Below, piece after piece: positions 1 through 10,198 of a stretch of 64,000 nucleotides of DNA; position 1 is the stretch's first letter; each line of letters opens with the position of its first letter. The notes beneath the pieces were generated by a model. That model saw only the letters and a program-made list of their open reading frames with translations, searched no databases and was not told the DNA's origin. The position numbers and the translations under genes are program-made. The DNA comes from Patescibacteria group bacterium (GTDB lineage Bacteria; Patescibacteriota; WWE3; UBA101185; UBA10185): NCBI GenBank assembly GCA_041658075.1, contig JBBAAW010000001.1, positions 24,778-88,777 of the forward strand, given 5' to 3'.

Positions 1-2
1 AG

Positions 3-563
3 AAAAAAATTCAGAACGCTAAAACAGTGCTTTTTATGGGCAACATTCAACCTCATCAGGGTATTGACTTGATGATCGACTCATTTGCGGAGGCGAGAAA
101 GGCCTATCCAAATTTGACATTGGAGATAGTTGGGAGGGGTCCTTATACAGAATCCGCACAACAAAAAGTGTCCGATGCCGGTCTGTCATCTTGTGTGATA
201 TTTCATGGTTTTGTGGACGATGAAAACAAGGTGGACGAAATTTATAAAAGATCTTTAGTTGGCATGGCACTATATCACCCAGAACTCTCAAGTTTCACAA
301 AGCTTTCTGACCCTGGAAAGATTAAGGACTACCTTTCTGCTGGTCTTCCTGTAATTACAACAAATGTTTTCCCTTTCTCCAAGGAGCTGGCGGAAAGCGG
401 CGCCGGGATTGTAGTCTCTTACGAAAAGGGTTCGGTTGTAGATGCCTTGAAGAGGATTCTTAATCCAAATAATGCAGAGGTTTTCAGAGGGGCTGCTTTA
501 AAACTTGCAAATAAATATCTTTGGGACCTAGTTCTTGATAGAACATTAGAACAGACTAATTAG
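3..563 (+). CDS. Glycosyltransferase family 4 (GT-B), C-terminal part; 5' end lies outside the window
   Basis: Frame is open from the window edge; motifs LFMGNIQPHQG, IVGRG, KIKDYLSAGLPVITT of Glycos_transf_1. Confidence 0.85.
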   Translation, partial: KKIQNAKTVLFMGNIQPHQGIDLMIDSFAEARKAYPNLTLEIVGRGPYTESAQQKVSDAGLSSCVIFHGFVDDENKVDEIYKRSLVGMALYHPELSSFTKLSDPGKIKDYLSAGLPVITTNVFPFSKELAESGAGIVVSYEKGSVVDALKRILNPNNAEVFRGAALKLANKYLWDLVLDRTLEQTN

Positions 564-1798
564 ATCTTGTTTTGTATGTTTTCAAATACTTTGCGAAAGT
601 TTTCTCGATAGTCATACTTTTCTGCTGCATCTGTGACCCCCTTGAGTAGATTATTATACCTGTTGTTATCACTTAGAACATCTACTAATGTTTTAGCTAT
701 ATCAACTGAATCAAAATTAGCAAGAACTCCGGCACCAAGATCCCGGAGCTCGTCTCCAAGGGACGGTCCGCCGTTAGTCATAATAACAGGTAGGCCGGCC
801 CGTAAATACTCTTTGGGTTTAGACACATCGGCATACATGGAAACATTCTCCTTCTCTGGTTTATATAGAGCCAGCCCGATTTTGGCTTGTCTAATAATTT
901 TTATGGCATCCTCAGTTTTTTCAACGAACCCTTTAAAGTCCACATTACTTTCTATGTTTAACTGCTTAGCCATTTCCTGGTATTTTTTGACCGCTGTTTC
1001 ACTTCCGCCCACAAAAGTAATTTTGACATTGGGCATTGCTTTTACCATAAGTGCTAAGGCTTCTAAAGCCACGTCTACCCCGGCGTTTGCGTCCAGTCGT
1101 CCTATATAGGCCAAGGAGTTTTCATTTCTTACAGTTTTCAAATTTTCAAGCGACTCATTTTTGTCTATAGTAACCGCCGGAGCGACAAAATATGATTTTG
1201 CTGTCAGTCCATTTTCTAAATCCCACTCCCGTGTTTTTTGATTGGCATACCAAACTACATCATTTTTTATGCCAACCTTTCTAAGTAATAGTTGGATAAG
1301 CACAAAGATTTTATCCACGAGTTTTATTATTGCGTTATCAGAATTAAGGTAGTACGGCTTGATTTTACGATCAAAGATGGGCAGTACATCACCGCTCATA
1401 AATACAGTTTTATGTACTCGACCTAGAATCTTATAGATCCACATTACAAAAGACCCAAAGCTAGTCTCTCCGATGCCTAAATCAAAAACCCCTCTATTTC
1501 TAGTGAGCTTGCAGGCGGCGTATGTGTTAAGAATATACTGCAGCATAAACGCCATGTAGGAAGGGATCTTAAGTGAAGACCTAAATTTTAATGTAGTCTT
1601 TTGCCCCACTTCATCTAGGACAAACGCCTCATATTCAATCCCGCTTTTAGATAGCGACACAGAGGGGAGCTTTATAACGGTGAGTTTATAATCAGTGTTT
1701 TCGGCAAGATACTTTGATAGAAAATTTAGTGGCGGTGTTCCATAGAAATTGACTACATACAATATTCTTATGTTTGTATTTAGATTACTTTTTTGCAT
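560..1798 (-). CDS. Glycosyltransferase family 4
   Basis: YIGRL, FKGFV, KPKEYLRAGLPVI motifs. Confidence 0.85.
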   Translation of the reverse strand: MQKSNLNTNIRILYVVNFYGTPPLNFLSKYLAENTDYKLTVIKLPSVSLSKSGIEYEAFVLDEVGQKTTLKFRSSLKIPSYMAFMLQYILNTYAACKLTRNRGVFDLGIGETSFGSFVMWIYKILGRVHKTVFMSGDVLPIFDRKIKPYYLNSDNAIIKLVDKIFVLIQLLLRKVGIKNDVVWYANQKTREWDLENGLTAKSYFVAPAVTIDKNESLENLKTVRNENSLAYIGRLDANAGVDVALEALALMVKAMPNVKITFVGGSETAVKKYQEMAKQLNIESNVDFKGFVEKTEDAIKIIRQAKIGLALYKPEKENVSMYADVSKPKEYLRAGLPVIMTNGGPSLGDELRDLGAGVLANFDSVDIAKTLVDVLSDNNRYNNLLKGVTDAAEKYDYRENFRKVFENIQNKI

Positions 1799-2396
1799 CC
1801 ATCACCATGTAAATTTCTGCCGCTCCACCTACTAAATAACACCAGAATCTTTCAAACAATTCGGGCGACAAATTAATTAGAAAGTTCACCCCCAAGATTA
1901 TTGGTTTTAGTATTAATCCTGCCAGTGGAGGCCAGTCGGGGGCAACAATATACTTCATGTACCATTCCTCATTAGGCCAGGTATAGAAATACCTGATTTT
2001 ACGTGTGACAATGTTGAATCGCGCCCCAGAATAGCCCCATTTTTTGTAATCCCGTTTGGCGTCGAAAATATCAAAGCAGTATATTGAATAAGCTCTTTTA
2101 TGTGTAATGTCGCCCCAGGCATATAAGCTGCTAAAATGCGGAACTCTAAGATATAATCGACCCTTAGGTTTAAGTATTCTGTAAACTTCTTCAATAACTC
2201 TTACTGGATCATCCAAGTGTTCTAATACATGGTACATGTGGATTTCGTCAGCATAATTGTCCGTAAAAGGATATGGTGTTTGGTTCAAATCATGAACTAT
2301 GTCCACGGTATCTTTTTTTATTATATCTACACCTATTGAGCCTGGGATTCTTGAATTATTACAACCTAGATTTAATATTACCTTGCTCATGTTCAC
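1785..2396 (-). CDS. Class I SAM-dependent methyltransferase (glycan-locus type)
   Basis: LNLGC, HVLEHL, RILKPKG motifs; start may be 2390. Confidence 0.85.
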   Translation of the reverse strand: MNMSKVILNLGCNNSRIPGSIGVDIIKKDTVDIVHDLNQTPYPFTDNYADEIHMYHVLEHLDDPVRVIEEVYRILKPKGRLYLRVPHFSSLYAWGDITHKRAYSIYCFDIFDAKRDYKKWGYSGARFNIVTRKIRYFYTWPNEEWYMKYIVAPDWPPLAGLILKPIILGVNFLINLSPELFERFWCYLVGGAAEIYMVMDAKK

Positions 2397-2400
2397 GATT

Positions 2401-3516
2401 CTATATCAAGCTAACCGACCTGTACAGGTTATTAAGTAATCTACTTTTATCGTTTTCCTTTGCCCAATTAAGCGCTTTATCTCTCATGTCAGAATAAAGG
2501 TTGGTGTCCGACATTAATCTTTCCAGACCTTCCGCAAGCTCTTTGACATTTTCGCAAAGTATTAACAAGCCTCTCTCGTAAGCCTCAACAGCTGTTGATA
2601 TATTTCTGTTGCACACAACGGGCAAACCCGATGCAGCGTATTCTCGAATTTTTAAAGAGTCGGCGTATTTTTCAAATGATTTTACGTTTTCGTACCAGGC
2701 TACACCGATATAAGATTTTGACATTATTTTTATGTTAGTTTGATAGTCAACAAGACCGTGTAATATTACTATATTTTCTAAATTACGCCGGCTTGCTTTT
2801 CCAATAACATTTAATTTTATTGACGGAAACTTTTCCTTTAACAACGACGTTAAATCCAGCAACATGTCGATTTCGGTGTCACTAATGTTAGATTTTGTAT
2901 AAACTAACTCGTAACGATCTTTCTCTTTTGGGTCTATACGCGCGGCATGTTCATAATCAGGGGAGTTTGGCAAGAATACTGCTCTATCCGGATTTTTAAC
3001 GCGTGGCTGTACAATTTCCCGCATGTTTTTGCTTACATATGTTACAAAAGATGCGTGAGCAATGGAGAAATAGTAAATTTTTCTATAGAAAGCATCAAGC
3101 AATTTTATTTCAAATCGACATTCTGAAAAATCTACGGCATGAAACTGCACAGGCGTTTTTCTCAGGAGACTAACGACATAAGCTGACACAAAGTTGAGTG
3201 GATCTACGGCAATAATTAGGTCAATTTTCCCATACGAGAGAGTTTTAAAAATATTAAACACTATTTCGATTGGCCACCTGATTACGCCGGAAAATGGGAT
3301 TTTGTACTCCCGGATTTGTTCTCCGTTTTTTATTCTTGAGCTGTGTACTCCGGCAAGCGGATGCTCAATAAATATTACTTCAAATCCTGTATTCTCGAGA
3401 AAGGAGGTAACATAGTCTATTCCTCCTGGTTTGATTCCCGTTGCCGTGAATATTCTGTGTACAAGGATAACTACTTTTTTTCTTGTTGTTGGTGTTGTCA
3501 TAATGTCTTGTTCCAA
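2401..3516 (-). CDS. Glycosyltransferase family 4-like
   Basis: KIREYAASGLPVV C-terminal GT-B motif. Confidence 0.8.
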   Translation of the reverse strand: MEQDIMTTPTTRKKVVILVHRIFTATGIKPGGIDYVTSFLENTGFEVIFIEHPLAGVHSSRIKNGEQIREYKIPFSGVIRWPIEIVFNIFKTLSYGKIDLIIAVDPLNFVSAYVVSLLRKTPVQFHAVDFSECRFEIKLLDAFYRKIYYFSIAHASFVTYVSKNMREIVQPRVKNPDRAVFLPNSPDYEHAARIDPKEKDRYELVYTKSNISDTEIDMLLDLTSLLKEKFPSIKLNVIGKASRRNLENIVILHGLVDYQTNIKIMSKSYIGVAWYENVKSFEKYADSLKIREYAASGLPVVCNRNISTAVEAYERGLLILCENVKELAEGLERLMSDTNLYSDMRDKALNWAKENDKSRLLNNLYRSVSLI

Positions 3517-5270
3517 ACTTCGAGCAGGAACATTCTCCAGAGTAAATATTCCTTTTGCATTTTTATGGGTCCAAAACAGTTAAAATCTAATGAACTTTCA
3601 AGAGTTTTCCTTCCTACGATACCAGATGTTAATGAGTCCGCACCCAATATATAAGATCTTACTTTGTCGATATTGTTAGTTAATACATCAAACATTGGTA
3701 GCATAAATCCCCGCTTTTTTCTTGTGGTTACATCAGACGGAAGGTATTTTTCGGCTACTTTTCTCAATATGTATTTTTCATTTGAACCATTCATACTGAA
3801 TGTCTCACCTTTTATCTTGTATTTATTTGGAAGACTAAATGCGTACTCCACGATTCGATGGTCCAAATAGGGAACTCTAGCCTCAACGGATGCGGACATT
3901 GTTGCCTTGTCTACCTTCATAAGAAGGTGGTTTGGGAGCTGTATATTTACCTCAACCGAAGAGATGGTTCTAAAAACATCATCTTGCTTGTTTTGCTTGA
4001 AAATTGAATTCCAGTAGGATATGTACCTTGGTGTTTTAAAGGAGATATTTCTTGATATTGCATAGTAGTAGGCAGTCGCTTTTAAAGGTGTGGGTAGAAT
4101 AGAAAAAGGAAGCTTTGAAAGCCCAAACCACGAATAACCTCCAAATATTTCATCCGACCCCTCACCCAAAAGAATAACCGTGATGCCTTGCCGCTTTAAT
4201 TCTTTACAAAGTATCGCTGTAGATATCACCCCCCCGTCAAAAGTACCCATGTCATCAAATATCGGGGCGTAACTCTCAATATTATTGATTATGTTTTTAG
4301 TGTCAATAAACACTTCGTGGTGATCTGTTCCTAAATACTCAGCAACTTTTGCCGCATTCTGACTTTCATTGAATTTATGATCGAACCTCGCGGTATATGT
4401 TTTTATCTTATTACTCGTTGAGTTCTGGGCATACGCAGCTATTAATGACGAATCCAGTCCTCCAGACAACAGTATTCCCACAGGCACATCGGAGACCATG
4501 TGCTCCATAACAGATGTCTTTAGCAAGTCATCCAGTTTTTCCACTGCTTCTTCGAACGTATCTTTACTGTTTTCATTTATTCGAGGTAAGGACCAATACC
4601 TTCTATTAGTTATCTGTTTGGACTTTGCCTCCCATTTTAAATAACAACCGGGTTCCACCTTTTTGATATTTTTAAACAAAGTGTTTATTCGATCCGGTAG
4701 AAACATGAACCCGAGTAATAGTTCAACTTTGTCGCGATCAACATTTTCTTTCAGACTATAGTCAGGTACCGCTTTAAAAGCTTTTACTTCACTTGAAAAG
4801 AAAAGGCAACCCTCTTTATTTAAGTAATAGAGGGGTTTTATTCCAATTCTGTCCCTAACTAAAAACGCCGTCTCTTTTTTATAGTCGTATAAAGCAATGG
4901 CGAACATCCCCCTAAGTTTTTCAAAAACCCCCTCGCCCCATTCTCTATAACCATGCAGAATTACTTCCGTATCGGACTCGGATTTAAATTGATAGCCTTT
5001 TCCCGCCAGCTCTTTTTTAAGATCTTTAAAGTTATATATTTCCCCGTTTTGACAAACCGCAACCGATTTATCCATGTTTTGCATGGGCATTCTACCTTTT
5101 TCAGAAAGATCAATAATACTTAATCTTTTAGACCCCAAGGAGATTTTTCTATCAAAGTCTTCCAGAATACCCTGGTCGTCCGGTCCTCTATGGTGAATCA
5201 AGTCCAGCATATTTTGAGTAACGCCACGATACTTTTGATTCACATTTATTATTCCGGCAATTCCACACAT
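3498..5270 (-). CDS. asnB: Asparagine synthase (glutamine-hydrolysing) family amidotransferase, probably amidating glycan uronic acids
   Basis: MCGIAG Ntn start, NGEIYN, RDRIGIKPLYY, LSGGLDSS, EARVPYLD. Confidence 0.93.
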   Translation of the reverse strand: MCGIAGIINVNQKYRGVTQNMLDLIHHRGPDDQGILEDFDRKISLGSKRLSIIDLSEKGRMPMQNMDKSVAVCQNGEIYNFKDLKKELAGKGYQFKSESDTEVILHGYREWGEGVFEKLRGMFAIALYDYKKETAFLVRDRIGIKPLYYLNKEGCLFFSSEVKAFKAVPDYSLKENVDRDKVELLLGFMFLPDRINTLFKNIKKVEPGCYLKWEAKSKQITNRRYWSLPRINENSKDTFEEAVEKLDDLLKTSVMEHMVSDVPVGILLSGGLDSSLIAAYAQNSTSNKIKTYTARFDHKFNESQNAAKVAEYLGTDHHEVFIDTKNIINNIESYAPIFDDMGTFDGGVISTAILCKELKRQGITVILLGEGSDEIFGGYSWFGLSKLPFSILPTPLKATAYYYAISRNISFKTPRYISYWNSIFKQNKQDDVFRTISSVEVNIQLPNHLLMKVDKATMSASVEARVPYLDHRIVEYAFSLPNKYKIKGETFSMNGSNEKYILRKVAEKYLPSDVTTRKKRGFMLPMFDVLTNNIDKVRSYILGADSLTSGIVGRKTLESSLDFNCFGPIKMQKEYLLWRMFLLEVWNKTL

Positions 5271-5271
5271 G

Positions 5272-6219
5272 TTATTTACTTGCCTCCACCTTTACCATTG
5301 GCCAGAACATGGGCAAGTTTTCTGCCATCCACGTAACAACATTTCTGACTATTGGATTCTTTATATATTCAAATACTAACCTTGTTTTAAAGTGGCTTAC
5401 AACGACTTTTCTAAAGCCCGCCTGTTTATGTAACCTTATTAAGTTCGACGAAGTGAAGGAAAGTTCATACCCAAACTTCATATGTCGCGATTTTAGCACT
5501 TTGATGTGAATGAATTCCGCTAGCTGTTTTAGCATCGGTACGTTTGGAATATTGCCCCACATTTGCCTATAAGTAAGCGATCCTAGATTTAGATAGGGAA
5601 CTGTATTAAAGGTTTTTCCATTGTCTTTTAGCACTCTATACATTTCGGAAACGGCCTTTGAAGTGTCCTTAAAGTGTTCTAGTACGCCACCGCCATAAAT
5701 TAGATCAACACACGAGCTGCTTAGGGGCATATACTTAATGTCGCCATGAATTAAAAGGTAGTTATCTATCCCTTCTTGATCCAGCAGTTTTTGGGCCAAC
5801 ATTAATGCTTCAAGCGAAAAATCCACCCCAATGACAAGCTTGACCTCCCGAGCTATTTGACTGGCAAAAAACATTGGTCCGCAACCGATTTCTAAGAAAA
5901 CCTTATTTTTGTTTAGGGTTTCATTTTCTGTTAACTGCGGATAGACATAGGAAAAATCCTCAGTGACGTACGCTTGAAGGCGCTCCTTTATATAGTGACT
6001 CTCTAGGTTTGAATAATATTGGTTCCATTTAGCTATTGAGAGGTCCAGATCCTTTTCTGCAGAGTTTAAAAAGCTATAAATTTTACCAATTTTTATATAC
6101 TTCTTTTCAATATTGCACTTGGCACATCTTAGGAATTCTTTTCCCTCGTCAAAAAGTTGACTATGACAGTATGGGCAGGCTATTAAAGTGTTCTTCACTG
6201 AAGTAGGCTTCTGTTCCAT
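5272..6219 (-). CDS. SAM-dependent methyltransferase with N-terminal Zn-ribbon-like segment
   Basis: CPYC...CAKC, then LEIGCG, GVLEHF, YRVLK. Confidence 0.85.
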   Translation of the reverse strand: MEQKPTSVKNTLIACPYCHSQLFDEGKEFLRCAKCNIEKKYIKIGKIYSFLNSAEKDLDLSIAKWNQYYSNLESHYIKERLQAYVTEDFSYVYPQLTENETLNKNKVFLEIGCGPMFFASQIAREVKLVIGVDFSLEALMLAQKLLDQEGIDNYLLIHGDIKYMPLSSSCVDLIYGGGVLEHFKDTSKAVSEMYRVLKDNGKTFNTVPYLNLGSLTYRQMWGNIPNVPMLKQLAEFIHIKVLKSRHMKFGYELSFTSSNLIRLHKQAGFRKVVVSHFKTRLVFEYIKNPIVRNVVTWMAENLPMFWPMVKVEASK

Positions 6220-7265
6220 TCTATGGTTCTTTTTAAACCTTCTTTTAACGACACTTTGGGACTATACTTTAGCAGTTTCTCGGCCTTTTCAATGTTGGGG
6301 TGAACCCTGGAAGGTGCGTCCACAACGTGGCTTTTATCTGAGTTTTCCTTTACACTCACACCCTCCTTTATTCCGCACAGCTCGTGAATTATTTCTGCTA
6401 GATGTTTTATAGTAACTTCCTCTTTATTATTGGCCACATTAACCGGATCCGCATTAAGGTTTGAAAACAGCAAACGGAAAAATAAAACCGTGGCATCTGA
6501 GACATAACAATAGCACCTTGTATCCAGTCCCTTGTTGAGCATTTGAATGGGTTTCTTTTCGAGTCCGGACTTCATAAATTCGGCCATGACTCTTCTATCT
6601 CCCACCTTTAGCCCAGGACCGTATACAATAAATGGTCTGGCAATCTTAATGGGGACACCGAATTTTTTAAAGTAGATATTACATAATGTTTCGCTTAATC
6701 TTTTAGATTCGGCGTAGCAGGCACGAGGCGCTAAGGGGGAAACGTTTCCGTTATATGTTTCTGGTGTTGGAATATTTTCTGGTGTTGGATTTCCGTAAAT
6801 TTCACCGGAACTCATGTAAAGGATACTTGAAACCTTATGCTCTTTAGAGTATTCCAGAATCCATCTAATACCCTTAACATTAACATCCAGGGTTCCAAGA
6901 GGGTCGCTCTCAAAAAAAGCTGGTGCAGATCTACCGGCGGCATGAACTATATAATCAACTTTCCTCTTTGTTTCGTAAGGATTTATAGAATCGTGCTTCA
7001 CAAACATTACATCTTTTCTTCCCAATAGATAACCCAATCTCCCGTTTTTATCCATTCCTGACCTTTGCAAACCTATGACTTTAGCAGGCTCTTTTTTTGG
7101 ATTTTTGTCGTTAAAATATAAGATGGTTTCAACCAGGTAGCTGGCGAGTAATCCCTCCGGACCTGTAATCAGAAAGGTCTTACCAAGAATCTTTTCTTTT
7201 TCACTTTTTAACTCGTTGTAAATTTCTTCTAAATCTTTGCGAATTATTTCTGACGCTTTTTGCAT
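6195..7265 (-). CDS. NAD-dependent nucleotide-sugar epimerase/dehydratase/reductase (extended SDR)
   Basis: ITGPEGLLAS, SSGEIYG, YAESK (YxxxK), VYGPG. Confidence 0.88.
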   Translation of the reverse strand: MQKASEIIRKDLEEIYNELKSEKEKILGKTFLITGPEGLLASYLVETILYFNDKNPKKEPAKVIGLQRSGMDKNGRLGYLLGRKDVMFVKHDSINPYETKRKVDYIVHAAGRSAPAFFESDPLGTLDVNVKGIRWILEYSKEHKVSSILYMSSGEIYGNPTPENIPTPETYNGNVSPLAPRACYAESKRLSETLCNIYFKKFGVPIKIARPFIVYGPGLKVGDRRVMAEFMKSGLEKKPIQMLNKGLDTRCYCYVSDATVLFFRLLFSNLNADPVNVANNKEEVTIKHLAEIIHELCGIKEGVSVKENSDKSHVVDAPSRVHPNIEKAEKLLKYSPKVSLKEGLKRTIEWNRSLLQ

Positions 7266-8179
7266 TTTTGTAGTACCTTTCTGTAAATTGATTCTCCGTC
7301 CAGTCCAAGGTATTGATACAGCTCCTGCTTGTGACCGTAAATGTCAAGGTACTTATCGTCTATACCAATACGAGTAAGCATGGGCTTTGTACCGGCTGGT
7401 AATTCGGCAACCAATTCGGCTATCACAGACCCCAGCCCGCCAATTACGCTATGTTCTTCAACGGTGAATAGATATTTTGCCTTACTGATGATGTTTATAA
7501 TCTCCTTATTCAGAGGCTTTATAGTGTTTATACCCACTACTGTGGGATCTATTCCTTTCTTTGTTAATCTCTCTTCGGCCAATAAGCTTTCTTTTACTGT
7601 CTCTCCAAAGGAGATAATTACCACTTGACTGTTTCCCCTGCGAGCGATTCTATAATCTGCGAATTTGTTATTGTTTGTTTGGTTTTCGGTTTGTTCTGGC
7701 AAGTTCAGCGTCAGCCTAATATAAGTTGGTCCGTCTATTCGAGCGGCTTCTCTAAGTGTCTTTTCGGTTCCCTCTGCATTTTCCGGGGTAAATATTCGCA
7801 TTCCGGGAATTGTTCTCATGATGGCAATATCCTCAATTGAATGGTGGGTGGCACCCAGGGAACTGTAGGAGACTCCGCTTCCTATTCCTACAATTTTTAC
7901 ATTTGCGCTATGGCAGCCAACCCCCACGCGTATTTGGTCAAAGACTCTGGATGTAATAAACGGCGTTATAGTATATGCAAATGGTTTCCACCCATCAAGA
8001 GCCATTCCTGCCGCCGCGCTGATCATTGCAGCCTCGGAAATTCCCACATTAAAAAATCTGTCCGGGTATTTATCCTTAATCTTTCTAAGAAGAAAGGCAC
8101 CGATATCACCCAGGAACAATACCACTTTGGGATCTTCATCAAACAACTTCTCTATTGTTTTAACAAAGGTTTTTCTCAT
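7244..8179 (-). CDS. Transketolase, C-terminal (pyrimidine-binding) subunit
   Basis: Start moved to ATG 8179 (MRKTF); NVGISE, GATHHSIED, EEHSVIGGLGS. Confidence 0.9.
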   Translation of the reverse strand: MRKTFVKTIEKLFDEDPKVVLFLGDIGAFLLRKIKDKYPDRFFNVGISEAAMISAAAGMALDGWKPFAYTITPFITSRVFDQIRVGVGCHSANVKIVGIGSGVSYSSLGATHHSIEDIAIMRTIPGMRIFTPENAEGTEKTLREAARIDGPTYIRLTLNLPEQTENQTNNNKFADYRIARRGNSQVVIISFGETVKESLLAEERLTKKGIDPTVVGINTIKPLNKEIINIISKAKYLFTVEEHSVIGGLGSVIAELVAELPAGTKPMLTRIGIDDKYLDIYGHKQELYQYLGLDGESIYRKVLQKCKKRQK

Positions 8180-9029
8180 AGTGTTTTTCTTGTAGGTCAA
8201 GCTCTTCCATTGCTTTAAGATATTCTTCTTCCGTTGGAATTCCGGTATGCCATTTGTTATCGTTTTCCATAAACGGTATACCTTTTCCTTTAACTGTGTG
8301 GGCAATCAAAGCTGTAGGTTTACCTTTGATTAACGGACATTTAATTAGTGCGCCATAAATTTTGTTAATATCATGTCCTTCCACATCTAGAGTTTCCCAA
8401 CCAAAAGCCGACCATTTTAACTTTAGGTCATGTGGATCTTGCACGGCAACAGCACTCCCACTTGATTGCATTTCGTTATTGTCCAATATAACTACCAGAT
8501 TATCCAACTTTTGGTGAGAGGCTATAGCTGCCGCTTCCCATGTTGACCCCTCGTTGCATTCTCCATCTCCAACCACGCAAAATATCTTGCGGTGCGACTT
8601 TTCTAATTTTGCCGCCATGGCAAACCCCACACCCATGGGAAATCCATGTCCTAAAGAACCGGTGGATACTTCAACGCCTGGAATTTTATTATGGTCAGGG
8701 TGGCCGCCAAGGATTCCATTTCTTGTGCAAAACTTTTCAAGCTCATCCATAGGGAAAAATCTCCGTCTCGCCAACACAGAATACAAAGATACACAGCCGT
8801 GCCCTTTACTAAGAATAAATCTATCCCTTTCTTTATTTGATAAATCCCGCTTATCTATCTTGAGAATTTTTGAATAAAGTACTACCAGCATTTCTACTAT
8901 AGACATAGCCGCCCCAATATGTCCGTCTTTAGATCCGTAGATCATTCTTATTACATCTCGTCTTACTTGAATGGCCAGCTTCTTGAGCTTTGTTATTTCC
9001 GCTTTATTCATGTTCATATTCTGTTTCAT
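8160..9029 (-). CDS. Transketolase, N-terminal ThDP-binding subunit
   Basis: RDRFILSKGH, STGSLGHG, GDGECNEG, HTVKGKG. Confidence 0.92.
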   Translation of the reverse strand: MKQNMNMNKAEITKLKKLAIQVRRDVIRMIYGSKDGHIGAAMSIVEMLVVLYSKILKIDKRDLSNKERDRFILSKGHGCVSLYSVLARRRFFPMDELEKFCTRNGILGGHPDHNKIPGVEVSTGSLGHGFPMGVGFAMAAKLEKSHRKIFCVVGDGECNEGSTWEAAAIASHQKLDNLVVILDNNEMQSSGSAVAVQDPHDLKLKWSAFGWETLDVEGHDINKIYGALIKCPLIKGKPTALIAHTVKGKGIPFMENDNKWHTGIPTEEEYLKAMEELDLQEKHYEKNLC

Positions 9030-10195
9030 TTTTTTAACAAGCTACAAAGCAACTCAAGCTCGCCTTTTGTTAGTTCAGGGTTATTAGCAATGTAAAAGCC
9101 ATTTTCGTGAACTAATTCGCTTACGGGTGTTTCGTATGTTTTTGAAATGTATTTTTTAAAGAAGGGCTGTCTTGTTATATTTCCCGCGATAACAGGTCTA
9201 ATTTCAATGTCGTGCTTTATGAACCTATCGCGGTATTTTCTATACAAAACTTTAGTCTTAAAAATTAAGGGATAGGTAAAGTTAGAAACCAGCGACATAT
9301 AAGGTACATTGTAATGATATAAGTGATTGTTGCTATTGGCTGTCTTTTCGTATAGTTTATAGTTACTTTCTCTTTTGCCAACAACCTCATCCCAATAATT
9401 TATCTGTACATTTCCAATAAAACCCTGGATATCTGTAGGTCTAACATTATAGGCTAGGTCGTAAAAAGTATATTTGGACACAAACGGATCAATTTTGTGT
9501 TTTTTTATTAGATCGGTGCGCGCTTTCTCGGGAATGTTTCTGTCCCACCCATGGGCCCTCACCATACAAAGCATGTGGTAAAATTCCTCATCATCCGTAC
9601 ACACCATGCCCCCTTCAATTGTGGACAAGTGGTGTCCAACATAGGTTGAGAAAGTTGAAGCAAACCCAAAGTTTCCTAATAATGTACTGCCGATTTTTGA
9701 ACCTAGTGCTTCGCAATTGTCCTCTATAAGAATTATTTTGTTTTCCTTACAGAACGACGCTATTTTATTTAGTTCTCCGCCAAACCCCAAAACATTAGTA
9801 ACAAAAAGAGCCTTAAACTTATCTTTACTATAGGAGGCTTTGATGGTCTTAACGGAAATGTTTAAACTCTCAAGTTCGCAGTCAACGGGGATAGGTTCAA
9901 GACCCAGCTGTATGAGGGGCATTACATTTGTAGCCCATGTTATTGTTGAAAACCCAACTTTATCCCCCTTTGATATTTTACCCGTATTTAACAATGCTTG
10001 AATGAGTGCTAAATTTGCGGCACTTCCGTTAGAGACAAACAACGCGTATTTTCTACCTTGTTTTTCTGCAAACAGCCTTTCAAACTTTCTACACTCATCG
10101 TACATACTTAATATATCGGCCTTTTTGATAAACTCGGCCAGTTTTTTCTTTGTTTCTTTCTCTTTGTAAAATGTTGAACGAATTAGCTTTAGCAT
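9026..10195 (-). CDS. DegT/DnrJ-fold PLP/PMP enzyme of the ColD type (GDP-4-keto-6-deoxymannose 3-dehydratase-like)
   Basis: NGSAAN, EDNCEALG; STFSTYVGHHLSTIEGG has His at the usual Schiff-base Lys position; adjacent to gmd. Confidence 0.78.
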   Translation of the reverse strand: MLKLIRSTFYKEKETKKKLAEFIKKADILSMYDECRKFERLFAEKQGRKYALFVSNGSAANLALIQALLNTGKISKGDKVGFSTITWATNVMPLIQLGLEPIPVDCELESLNISVKTIKASYSKDKFKALFVTNVLGFGGELNKIASFCKENKIILIEDNCEALGSKIGSTLLGNFGFASTFSTYVGHHLSTIEGGMVCTDDEEFYHMLCMVRAHGWDRNIPEKARTDLIKKHKIDPFVSKYTFYDLAYNVRPTDIQGFIGNVQINYWDEVVGKRESNYKLYEKTANSNNHLYHYNVPYMSLVSNFTYPLIFKTKVLYRKYRDRFIKHDIEIRPVIAGNITRQPFFKKYISKTYETPVSELVHENGFYIANNPELTKGELELLCSLLKK

Positions 10196-10198
10196 AAG